A DNA stretch of 64,000 nucleotides, taken from contig CAYMPH010000010.1 in NCBI GenBank assembly GCA_964392365.1, forward strand, positions 69,387 through 133,386, given 5' to 3'. Position 1 is the stretch's first letter. Each line of letters starts with the position of its first letter. The position numbers and the translations under genes are program-made. Source of the stretch: an uncultured Leptospirales bacterium (lineage in GTDB: Bacteria; Spirochaetota; UBA4802; UBA5550). The notes under the pieces are model-generated. The model did not search any database, was not told the DNA's origin, and saw only the letters and a program-made list of their open reading frames with translations. Positions 1 through 9,357 of the stretch are shown one piece after another.

Positions 1-765
1 CTGTTTTACACTTTCTTCAAGATATGGAAGAGCCTTATCATAAAATTCATTTTCCATATAATATCCAGCATTTGTATGAAGCATTAAGCCTATTGTTTCT
101 CTTTTTGTCAGGGTTTTTAAATACACACCATTTTTATATGCTTTTAATGGAATTGCTTTATCCTCGATTTGGCTAACATCAAGAACTTCTTTGCCCTCGG
201 CAGTTGTTTCAATATTTATATAATTATTTTTACCTGGCTTGTCGTTAATAACCCATCTACAAAAAGCATGCTGGGGGGCTGAAACCATATAAATAGGGTA
301 TCCAAGTTCCTCTGCAATACTGATATATAATAATGGCATTCCAAAGCATGCTCCCTTGTGACGGTCAAGAACTCCAGCAAGAATGTGATTTTGAATATTA
401 TTTCCTTTAGTATATTCTTCCTCATCATATTCCAACTTGAATTCTTCAAATATTACTCTATTCATCATTATAATTTTATATCTTGGTTCAGTTCTATTAC
501 CAACAAGAAGCCTAACTCTATCAGCAATTCTTTCTATTTTATTGAGATAATTTATAAATTTAATATTGGGATTAAAGTCTTTTGATAAAATCAATGCTGC
601 GATTCTAAAGCTTAACTGTTCATCAGGTAATTTTAAATATTCGAATATAGACATTTTTTCATAATCTGAAATGGTATATTCCTTTGGTGCACATTGAACA
701 TGAATGATGGATATAAATAAAACCGCCAGAAGTATATTTTTTTTATTAGTTCTTATTTTATTCAT
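1..765 (-). CDS. SirB1/transglutaminase-like (Transglut_core2) + TPR protein with signal peptide; partial, runs off the window start
   Basis: Not in the ORF track. Hand translation from ATG at 765 gives MNKIRTNKKNILLAVLFISIIHVQC...GVLDRHKGACFGMPLLYISIAEELGYPIYMVSAPQHAFCRW...YINIETT...GVYLKTLTKRETIGLML..., open to base 1. G-x-C, P-x-H and NIETT motifs are typical of SirB1. Confidence 0.8.
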   Translation of the reverse strand, partial: MNKIRTNKKNILLAVLFISIIHVQCAPKEYTISDYEKMSIFEYLKLPDEQLSFRIAALILSKDFNPNIKFINYLNKIERIADRVRLLVGNRTEPRYKIIMMNRVIFEEFKLEYDEEEYTKGNNIQNHILAGVLDRHKGACFGMPLLYISIAEELGYPIYMVSAPQHAFCRWVINDKPGKNNYINIETTAEGKEVLDVSQIEDKAIPLKAYKNGVYLKTLTKRETIGLMLHTNAGYYMENEFYDKALPYLEESVKQ

Positions 766-1121
766 TTTAAAAAAAATTTGTTCCATCCGGATTGTTTTTA
801 AGAGATTGTTATTCCTGCTGATAAAACTATTCTCATAGTCAATAACCGTTATTTAAGATAGAAACTCAAACTCCTTCAATTCAGTAGCAAAATTAAATTT
901 CAAGCTGTTCGTGAAACACTTCAACACTCTTTTAATTCCTCTGTCTGTCAACTCTCTTTTAGAATCTAACGGAAATATTTAAAAATTTTATTCTCAATAA
1001 GTTATTACTTTATAAACAATAAAGCAGTTAGAAATTATAAAAAATGATTAGAAAAAAATTATAACCTTATAGATATAGAGTTCAATAAAGAAGTTCATCA
1101 ATTTTTTTTACTTCTTTCAAC

Positions 1122-2453
1122 TTATTTAAAAAATTTCATAAATTTAATAGCCATCCCCAGTTCACATGTATTTTCAAGATACCCAAGATTTATTGGATTA
1201 TTGATGCAATCTTGATTTTTAAATTCATGAATACAAAAATTATAAATTGAACAACCTTCTTTTATATTACCAGAGTATAGGTAATTAAATAAATAATGCA
1301 GCCCCATATGAAAAAGATTTTTTTTAACATATAAATCCTTCTGCATATAATCTGGATGATTTTCTAAATAAAAAAATACATAGCTACCATCAAGTATTGT
1401 AGTATCATCTTGAATCAAAGGGGGTGGGAAATGACTAATACAATTTTTAAAAAGAGTCACAGCATCTATCTTATCTAAATCAAATAATGTAAAAATGTAA
1501 TGAGGTAAAATTTTATTTTGAATACGTTTTTCTAAAAAATTATATTTATCAAGAAAAAATCTTAACAATTCATCATCATTTATACTCTTTGCTACATCTC
1601 TTTTTAGCCCTATTAGATAGTTATGAAAGTCAATAATTTGAGGATTTTTCATTTCTTCAAAGTAAATATCTTGCAACTGAGTAATTAATCCATAGTTGAT
1701 GTTATCTTTGGGGAAAGTTTTTAATAATTGCTCATACTTTTTTATTAAATTAAAAAAAGTAAAACCAGGAAATGGATGTTGCAGAGAAATATCAGCAATA
1801 ATTATAAACGGGGAAAGACTATAATTATTTATTCGCATTAATTCCATTAAAATTTGATATTTAAATGGAACTAATTTCAGGTCTGTTTCCTTACCCATTC
1901 TATTACTATTAGTATTTTCAATAATAAAAGCAATACCTTCATTTATAACATCTTCTCCAATTTCAAATGAATGTTTTTCATCCATAATTGATATTTCTAT
2001 TGATGGTATAACCGATTTATATGGATTTCAAGGTAATTCATCAGAAACTTTATTACAGTTAATTGAACCAATCTTAAAATTTTCATTAATATATGAATCA
2101 CTATATTTGAATTTATTTTTAAAATTTTTACCTTGCCGGTTATTCCAATTTTTAAAACAATCAATAAACTTCTTTAAATTTATTTTTTCCAATTTATCAA
2201 AATTTTCAAAAAAAGGAACTTTGGATTTATCAGTTTGAGCCAGTTCAATTATTATTAAAATATAATACAAATATCCTTCGTAATGATACAAGGAATTAAA
2301 TTGTATATAATAATGGATGTATTCATGCAAAAGAAGTGGCAATACTTCAGGATTTATTGCGTCTTTTTCAATTAAAACTTTTTGACCAACCACCTCAATA
2401 ATATTCTTCATAAAATTGTAGTTTGAGAAATCAGAAAATAATTCAGTATCCAT
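1122..2453 (-). pseudogene. HEXXH zinc-metallopeptidase-like gene interrupted by one in-frame TGA (2028-2030)
   Basis: Track ORFs 2028..2453 (LLHEYIHYY) and 1122..1985 (INEGIAF) are in one frame. They are separated only by TGA plus 14 sense codons (...DELP*NPYKSVIPSIEISIMDEK...). Confidence 0.6.
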
Positions 2454-2807
2454 TTTTTCCTCTTCATTATATGAAATACAAAAATTTGATAAAAATACTT
2501 TTATAGTTTTTTAAAATAATTCTATTATCAATTTACTAATTGATAATATGCATAAAGTCTGTTAATAATGATGAGGAATGAAATACAAAACATCATAATC
2601 ACTATCAAAACCGTTTTATAAATACTTTTTATTCGTATACTCTTTTTTTTTAAGTTTGACTTATTTTGTTATATCTTACAGACAATGTAAGTTGTACACA
2701 ATGGCAATAAAAATATTATTTGTCCATCCATGTCTGGACAAAGTGAAAAAAAAATGGCTAATATTGATTTCACGGAAATTCCACATTGGGCTAAAAGATG
2801 GGTTCAA

Positions 2808-2844
2808 CGTCATATACACCAAGGGACGTTAGGCTAAAAACGCC
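2808..2844 (+). repeat. attC-like right half (R' core GTTAGGC at 2828-2834) preceding the DUF6615-like gene
   Basis: CGTCATATACACCAAGGGACGTTAGGCTAAAAACGCC contains a GTTRRRY core. AAACGCC (2838-2844) is complementary to GGCGTTT just after the gene's stop (3677-3683). Confidence 0.55.
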
Positions 2845-2868
2845 GTGTAATTTACTGAGGTATAATAA

Positions 2869-3672
2869 ATGAAACTTTGTGACACTTTTAGGAAACTTTC
2901 TTTTGAAACTTGGTACAAACTATATTCAGCAAAAACTGTTGATATGCAATTAGGTGAGGAAACAATTACTGATATTAATCTCCTTGAGCTTAAATTAAAA
3001 CATGGGAATGAAATAATAACAAAAACATTTACAAAACCAAAAGAATCAAATACTGGTGCTGATTGGGAATGGTGGTTAACAGGAAAATCCAAAAAATGGC
3101 TTGGAATAAGAATTCAGGCTAAAATATTAAATCATAAAACTAATAAATATGAACATTTGCATTATTATAAAAATAATAAACAAAAAACTAAAAAATATCA
3201 ATCCGATAGATTAGTTAAATCAAGCATGTCAGATTCAATAAAAAGAATTCCTTTATACTGTTTATATTCTTATTGGGATAATTTAAATTATAATGTTAAA
3301 TGGAAATGTGGTTCATACCCTGAAGTAATAGATAGTTACGGTTGCTCATTTATTAGTGCCTATGATGTCGTAAAGCTTCGTCAAGGAAATAAATGTAATT
3401 TATCGGATGTGTTAGATTACATGATTCCATGGCATTGTATTATCTGCTGTAAAGGTTTTGGTGGAGATGATTTGCCCAGTAGAGCATTAAATACAATTAT
3501 GGAATTAACTAAAATTTCATCTATAGTAGAAAATCCAAAAAATAAACCAAAATTTAAATTATATGATGAACCACCAGAGTATGTTAAATTATTACTAAGT
3601 AATGATTTAACTGAATTAACGGATGAGCATTTGAGAACAATAACAATTATCAATGAAAATTCAAATGAATAA
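2869..3672 (+). CDS. DUF6615-like PD-(D/E)XK nuclease-fold protein
   Basis: Motifs GEETITD...KPKESNTGADWEWW...IRIQAKIL (E..GAD..Q-A-K). Confidence 0.7.
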   Translation: MKLCDTFRKLSFETWYKLYSAKTVDMQLGEETITDINLLELKLKHGNEIITKTFTKPKESNTGADWEWWLTGKSKKWLGIRIQAKILNHKTNKYEHLHYYKNNKQKTKKYQSDRLVKSSMSDSIKRIPLYCLYSYWDNLNYNVKWKCGSYPEVIDSYGCSFISAYDVVKLRQGNKCNLSDVLDYMIPWHCIICCKGFGGDDLPSRALNTIMELTKISSIVENPKNKPKFKLYDEPPEYVKLLLSNDLTELTDEHLRTITIINENSNE

Positions 3673-3675
3673 TCA

Positions 3676-3715
3676 TGGCGTTTCATCGTCTCCAGACACG
3701 TTGTTTGAAATGCCA
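3676..3715 (+). repeat. Collapsed (internally deleted) attC-like site between two cassette genes
   Basis: TGGCGTTTCA-tcgtctccagacacgttgtt-TGAAATGCCA imperfect inverted repeat. It contains GTT at 3700-3702 but no AAC left core. Confidence 0.5.
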
Positions 3716-3743
3716 CACAAACTTATTTTAAAAAACCGCATCC

Positions 3744-5504
3744 ATGGAAGTTTGGAATGAATATAAAATGAAATTTTTACCATTTAATATCGACGTAAAA
3801 TACAATGTACAATTAAAGATAAATCAAAATAATAATTTTGTTTCCGGAGAACTTATTTTATCACCAAGCAAATTACCAAAACTAAGAATTATTGAATCAG
3901 TAATGAATAATGAGAAACTTTACAGCCTATTAAGTAAGAAAAACAATCTAAAACTAATTACATGCAAATCAGGAAACGAAAATTTTACATTAATCGATTG
4001 TGACATATATGATGATTTAATTTATCCTAAATATATCATTCTTGGTAATCCTTTTACTAAATATATTGATTTAAAATTTAATGGGGCATATATCTGCTTA
4101 AAGAACTTTAATGAATGGTTTATTAATAAAAGGGAAATAAAAAATTCCGTAAAAGGTTTCAAAAATAATATTTCTATGAAAGCTTTTAAATTCAAAATTA
4201 AAACAAGAACTAATAGAATTATTGAAATTTCAAATCGATACAATTGTGTCCCAAAACAAGATGATATTGATAAACAAAAGATTTTCATTGAAGAGTTTCC
4301 AACTATTATAATTAAACCAATAGATGATAGTTTTTCTTTAGATGAAATAATAAATTTTGATTATGATATAAGAATGATTTTTTCATTTCTTATTGGCGAA
4401 TATTCTAATACACTTTATTTATGGGGTTCTATAAAAGATGAAAATGGATATAATCAGTTATTGCCAATTTATTATTCGTGTAATTATATTTTAACAAATG
4501 GTTTAAGCAATTATAGAGAAGGCTTAATGCAGTATCGTTATCTTATTGAAAATAAAAAATTTAAACCTATATTTTCAAATTACTTTTCTAATATAAATTT
4601 TACAAAGGTATGGTCTCGATTATTCGGGATATTGAGTTATTCTGGTATTTGGCAATATGAAATATTAGGATATGTAAGCATTCTTAACAAATATGTTGAA
4701 AGTTATTCAAAAGGGAAAGGTGAAGTATTCCCAGAATCTTCATTTAAATATATTAAAGATGGACTCGTTAAAAAATTAGAAGAATTATTAAAAGATATAA
4801 AAAAAACTGATACGAATGAAAATATCTCTAAGACAATAAAAAATTCAATATTAAAAATTCCTAATACTGACATTGTTTCTTTTCAAGATAAATTTGACTT
4901 ATGGTTTTCTAAAATAAACAATGATATTAAGCAGATAATTAATTTCACAAAAGCTGACTTTAAGGTTTTAAAAGAAATTAGAGATGCGGCAGCTCATGGA
5001 AAGAATATTGATTATGGCTATGACCTTACTGGGATTTATAAACTTAACTACAAATTAACCTTGTTGCTTTATCACTTAGTTTATCTTGATTTAGGTTTAA
5101 GTGGGAGTGATTTTTTACAAAATCTATCTTTGTCAATTCATTCTTTAATAAGAAATTCGGATATTAATCAGAAACATCTTGATAGAGTTTCAGGAAGAAT
5201 CGATTTTATAAAAGTTGATGATACTACATTCGCAAAAATAAAATTATGTAAAAAATATGATATTATTCTTGAGAAAAATATAGAAAAAGAACTCTATATT
5301 TTTAATTATGAATTAACAAAATTCCTTCAAAATAATTGGCCTAAAGTAAGTGATACTTTTCATGATGTAAGAGATTACATAAAACATTTATATTCTGGGA
5401 ATGTTAATGAAGTAATATACAAAACAGCATATATTGAGAATAAGAATGAAGCTATTATGATATTTGGTTTATGTATAGTTGTAAAAATGAATTATTCTTC
5501 ATGA
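3744..5504 (+). CDS. apeA: ApeA-family protein (ApeA N-terminal domain + HEPN RNase domain), predicted anti-phage
   Basis: 586 aa with a beta-rich N-terminus and a C-terminal HEPN motif R-x4-H (EIRDAAAHG), followed by YLDLG-type helices; matches ApeA size and layout. Confidence 0.7.
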   Translation: MEVWNEYKMKFLPFNIDVKYNVQLKINQNNNFVSGELILSPSKLPKLRIIESVMNNEKLYSLLSKKNNLKLITCKSGNENFTLIDCDIYDDLIYPKYIILGNPFTKYIDLKFNGAYICLKNFNEWFINKREIKNSVKGFKNNISMKAFKFKIKTRTNRIIEISNRYNCVPKQDDIDKQKIFIEEFPTIIIKPIDDSFSLDEIINFDYDIRMIFSFLIGEYSNTLYLWGSIKDENGYNQLLPIYYSCNYILTNGLSNYREGLMQYRYLIENKKFKPIFSNYFSNINFTKVWSRLFGILSYSGIWQYEILGYVSILNKYVESYSKGKGEVFPESSFKYIKDGLVKKLEELLKDIKKTDTNENISKTIKNSILKIPNTDIVSFQDKFDLWFSKINNDIKQIINFTKADFKVLKEIRDAAAHGKNIDYGYDLTGIYKLNYKLTLLLYHLVYLDLGLSGSDFLQNLSLSIHSLIRNSDINQKHLDRVSGRIDFIKVDDTTFAKIKLCKKYDIILEKNIEKELYIFNYELTKFLQNNWPKVSDTFHDVRDYIKHLYSGNVNEVIYKTAYIENKNEAIMIFGLCIVVKMNYSS

Positions 5505-5521
5505 ATGCTTAACCTTCCTTT

Positions 5522-5546
5522 GCATTTCATATGTCTGGTGTATGTG
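5522..5546 (+). repeat. attC-like left half after apeA with the AAC core missing
   Basis: GCATTTCATAT-GTCTGGTGTATGTG matches the reverse complement of 3692-3713 (GCATTTCAAAC-AACGT-GTCTGG) except for two substitutions and a 5-nt gap removing AACGT. Confidence 0.5.
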
Positions 5547-5687
5547 CTGCGATTGCGTAAAGACTTGTATACCCCTACAAAGTCGGAATGGGAGAATGCC
5601 AAACGGAATAAAATTTGTTGAGCTTATTCATATACTGACGGGACGAAATATGTCTGAAAATGAAAAATCTATTGACAGACATAAAAC

Positions 5688-5720
5688 TATAATGCAATAA
5701 ATATAATGCAATAAATATAA
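5688..5720 (+). promoter_or_regulatory. 14-bp tandem duplication (TATAATGCAATAAA x2 + TATAA) containing -10 boxes, downstream of TTGACA (5672-5677)
   Basis: Read directly from sequence; lies upstream of the RBS (GGGGGAG) of the 5741 gene. Confidence 0.5.
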
Positions 5721-5740
5721 ATCAAATAAGGGGGAGTATT

Positions 5741-7450
5741 ATGAAAAGATATATTTCATTTTTTTCTATTCTACTTTTTGTTTTGAACTGTTATATAATT
5801 TTTGCTGAAACACCTGGGAAATATACAAATTATAAGGTCAAGCAAGGTGATTCATTAGTAAAAATATCTGAGAAGTTTTATTTAAACGGCTCAAATAATA
5901 ATGATGGGAAAATCAGTAAGAAATGGATTTTAATTTATGATACGAATAAAAATACCTTACCTAAAATAGAAATAACTGGTTTTAATTTAGATGCTTATGT
6001 AAAATTAAATATTGGTCAAGAACTTCGAATCCCACCAATTTCGATTAACCAAACACAAAAAGTTATTAATGAAACATTAAACAGACATCTAAAAAAAGCT
6101 ATAGAACAGCATTATGAACAATACTTGGCTAATAACTACAAAGAAGAAATTAAAAATCATAAAACACCTTTAGAATTTATATATAGTGAAAATAAATCAG
6201 GAAAGCTTAAAATAAATAAAGAGTTTTATGGAAGTGATATAAAACTCACCGATGGAACAATAATACCATCTACATGTATCAATGACTATAACTTATTTCC
6301 ATACCGAATAATTCAAAATCCTGATGCAAAAAAAACTATTTTCATCTTTCCAGAAAGTCATACTGATTTTGGAAGTAATAGATATGATAAATATTTATTA
6401 CTGAATTCTATTGCTGACTATAACAATATAAAAAATTTTCATGTATTTCTTGAATCAATGGATAGCGAGTTTGATAAAGAAAGATACTTTGATAATTATG
6501 AAAAGTTAAAAAATAAAATAGACTCATCAATAATACCAATAAAAAAATTTGATATCCTTTGTTCAGAATATAAGTCTTTCAGAGATAGTTCTAAATTTAG
6601 GGCAGCGATTAATCCATCCATGCTATTCTTTTATACTAAAAAAACATGTACAATTAGTGGCTCAGAGAAATACTCATCAATAAAAAAATTCGAGGATGAG
6701 TTGAATAATTTATTCAAAAATATAAAGACTAATAATGCAATAGAAATAAATAGATTAATTAAAGAACTAATTAGAGAACGTGATAATGATATTTCTCAAT
6801 CATATGAAAGATTACCAGATAATACAATTGGACTAATGGATATTGGAGTCGCTCATACTTTTAATCAATTACAACTGGCTAAAGAAAGGACGAATTATAA
6901 TTTAGTAGTTTTTTATCATCCCACATTAAAGCAATATGAAATAGGAGATAAAAAAAATAGTAAACTATATGCACATAAACAAGAACCTTCTGAGCACACG
7001 TCCGTGTTTGAAAACATAGCTGTGATATCAAAACCATATAAACAAAAAGTATATAATCCACAAAATGGCAAAATAATTTATCAAGATTTTATTGAAGACA
7101 TACTTAATAAAGGAACTTATACAGAGGAAGAAAAAATATTAATAAGAATTCGTGCCAAAGAATTAAAAGAAAAAGAGTTCTTTGCTAAAGACAGATTATT
7201 AAATAAAGGTGAAAAATACTGCAACGTTTTCCCAATTTATGGGAAAGGGTTTTTAGGCCGTTTACGAAATGGTAATAAAATATCATTTATTTTTATACCA
7301 CAGAATGGATTACCAGAAGCATATATCAATGATTTAGTTGCTTCTGATAAAATTGATTCTAATGATGGCTATTTCTTTATAAAATTTTGGACGTCAATTC
7401 CTATTACAAAAAAAGATATTTATATGAAACTTAAAATTGCACAACAATAA
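5741..7450 (+). CDS. Secreted LysM-domain protein with a TIKI/EreA/ChaN/RRSP-like domain
   Basis: Signal peptide, then LysM (YKVKQGDSLVKISEKF), then IFPESH, VFLES, RERD and IGVAH motifs in superfamily order. Confidence 0.55.
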   Translation: MKRYISFFSILLFVLNCYIIFAETPGKYTNYKVKQGDSLVKISEKFYLNGSNNNDGKISKKWILIYDTNKNTLPKIEITGFNLDAYVKLNIGQELRIPPISINQTQKVINETLNRHLKKAIEQHYEQYLANNYKEEIKNHKTPLEFIYSENKSGKLKINKEFYGSDIKLTDGTIIPSTCINDYNLFPYRIIQNPDAKKTIFIFPESHTDFGSNRYDKYLLLNSIADYNNIKNFHVFLESMDSEFDKERYFDNYEKLKNKIDSSIIPIKKFDILCSEYKSFRDSSKFRAAINPSMLFFYTKKTCTISGSEKYSSIKKFEDELNNLFKNIKTNNAIEINRLIKELIRERDNDISQSYERLPDNTIGLMDIGVAHTFNQLQLAKERTNYNLVVFYHPTLKQYEIGDKKNSKLYAHKQEPSEHTSVFENIAVISKPYKQKVYNPQNGKIIYQDFIEDILNKGTYTEEEKILIRIRAKELKEKEFFAKDRLLNKGEKYCNVFPIYGKGFLGRLRNGNKISFIFIPQNGLPEAYINDLVASDKIDSNDGYFFIKFWTSIPITKKDIYMKLKIAQQ

Positions 7451-7461
7451 AGGATTTTTTT

Positions 7462-8226
7462 ATGACCAACAACTTTATAATTAGTGATTTTGCAACAACA
7501 TATTCATTAGTAATGGATATTAGAAATTCAACAGTAAAGACGATTGATTTTGATGACCAAAAAAAAATTAATTATTATAATGGTCTTTTTGAATGTTTTT
7601 CAAATTCATTAAAGGACGCAGCATTAAAAACTGAAATTATCAAATATACAGGTGATGGATTAATTATTTCTATTAGAGATAAAAGAAAAATATTAAATTT
7701 ATTAGCTTTCGTTTTTTCTATTAAATTAAATTTTAACAATATTATGTATAAAAAAATTACGATGTCAGATTGGAAGTTCCGTTTTTCCATAGCTGCTGGT
7801 AAAGATATGGAAGTATATTTTAATGATATGAAAGATTTTGTTGGCGATTCTATACGAAGAGCCACAAGAATTCAAAGTTTATGCAAGGATGATTATCTAA
7901 GAATTGATTCAGAGATATTAAATGTTTGCCTTGAAATTTGTAATAATAATATTGATTCTGAGAAAATTGAAATCAATCGAGAAGATAACATAAAAATAGA
8001 AAAAGATATAACTTCAATATCAAAAATTAAATTGGCAAAAAATAGCGATAAGATTATTGCAATATTAGAACCAGATAAATCTAATGATGAAAATGGGTAT
8101 GCTTATAAATTTGAAAAATTGTCTGTTAGTGATAGAGATTTATTAAAACGAAATACTGATGAAAGCGTCAACATGAAAGATGGATTTGATATTGGAAACG
8201 GATTGAAATTAGTATTTAATAACTAA
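7462..8226 (+). CDS. Stand-alone class III nucleotidyl (adenylate/guanylate) cyclase-domain protein
   Basis: LVMDIRNST, IIKYTGDG, FRFSIAAG and DFVGDSIRRATRIQS motifs; no TM or sensor domain; ~100-aa C-terminal extension. Confidence 0.85.
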   Translation: MTNNFIISDFATTYSLVMDIRNSTVKTIDFDDQKKINYYNGLFECFSNSLKDAALKTEIIKYTGDGLIISIRDKRKILNLLAFVFSIKLNFNNIMYKKITMSDWKFRFSIAAGKDMEVYFNDMKDFVGDSIRRATRIQSLCKDDYLRIDSEILNVCLEICNNNIDSEKIEINREDNIKIEKDITSISKIKLAKNSDKIIAILEPDKSNDENGYAYKFEKLSVSDRDLLKRNTDESVNMKDGFDIGNGLKLVFNN

Positions 8227-8233
8227 AATAAAT

Positions 8234-9274
8234 ATGTCAAGAAATGTAGATAATATTTCAATTAAAACATATATCTATTATGTAGAATATGATACTCACA
8301 ATAAAATCATAATTTTAAGAAACTGTGCTGATAATTCTTCTAAATCAATTCAGCTACCCAAGTACCTTAAAATTGAATCATTTGATATTTTTATTAATGA
8401 ATTAGCCATTTGTTTTTCTTATTTTAAAATCCCTCAAATAAAAATTGATTCAAAGATACCAGACATATATTATTTTTGGATAAATATAGAAAAAGAAAAT
8501 TGGGAAGAAGGATTTTTCATGTGCAATGGAGCGAATATTCAATATGATTATTTTCATGGAGTATTTTCATTACCAAATCCTTGGCATCATTTAACAAAAA
8601 AAAATATCTTCACAGTTAATCCTAATGAAATCTTTTTTCATTTTGGACATAATGAAACTAATGAAAATATAGTGAAATATTTTAAAGAAAAAAATATACA
8701 AAACAGCAATATACATAATAATGCATTTTCAAGTGCTAAAAATGTAAAAAATAATTTTTCAATTATAATGGGAAATATTCAAAATATTTCGGATAACAAT
8801 TCAGATTGCATTAATATCATCAATTTTTTAAAAAATCGATTAAAATTAAATGTATATACTGAAAAAGCTGATATTGATAATTGTTTTGCAGGTAATAATA
8901 ATTTTATAATTGTTATTGCTCATCATTCTGAGGGAAAAATTGAATTAAAGAATGGTGATGGGTATAATTTAGATAATAAAATATCATTTGCAAATAATGA
9001 AAAATATTTACAATTTTGGTGTTGCAATATTGATATTAAGCAAAGCATCAATTGGAATTTGATTAATAATATTACTTTAAATATTCATGTGTCTGAAGCG
9101 GCAACGAAATATTTTAATGAACATATATTATCTTTAATTATTAATGACGACAGTATGGGCTTGAAAACCCTAATTTTTGATAAAAAAATAAAGAAGGATG
9201 AAATATTTAATCTATTCACTTGTCTTGATAATACAATAATTGATAAAATCAATAAATCCCCTCTATTATTATAA
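8234..9274 (+). CDS. Hypothetical protein with a divergent CHAT/caspase-like His-Cys protease domain
   Basis: KENWEEGF (cf. LPWE), FIIVIAHHSEG (His strand), YLQFWCCN (Cys strand) and SEAATKYF helix, in CHAT order. Confidence 0.45.
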   Translation: MSRNVDNISIKTYIYYVEYDTHNKIIILRNCADNSSKSIQLPKYLKIESFDIFINELAICFSYFKIPQIKIDSKIPDIYYFWINIEKENWEEGFFMCNGANIQYDYFHGVFSLPNPWHHLTKKNIFTVNPNEIFFHFGHNETNENIVKYFKEKNIQNSNIHNNAFSSAKNVKNNFSIIMGNIQNISDNNSDCINIINFLKNRLKLNVYTEKADIDNCFAGNNNFIIVIAHHSEGKIELKNGDGYNLDNKISFANNEKYLQFWCCNIDIKQSINWNLINNITLNIHVSEAATKYFNEHILSLIINDDSMGLKTLIFDKKIKKDEIFNLFTCLDNTIIDKINKSPLLL

Positions 9275-9357
9275 TTTATTTAAGTTCATACTTGATTTTT
9301 CAATAAGATATTATACTATATTGCGATAAGAGCTAATAAGAGTAAAAAATATTTAAT

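Noticed and set aside
870-960. Possible IS remnant (FSSKIKFQAVRETL-like peptide; TGTCTGTCAAC)
   Set aside because: Too short, with no ORF or paired inverted repeat to support a call.
2028-2030. Selenocysteine codon
   Set aside because: The context is not a redox Cys motif and no obvious SECIS-like hairpin follows.
7462-9274. Calling the cyclase operon Pycsar or CBASS
   Set aside because: No cNMP-binding, TIR or transmembrane effector is recognisable, and the enzyme is class III rather than a CD-NTase.
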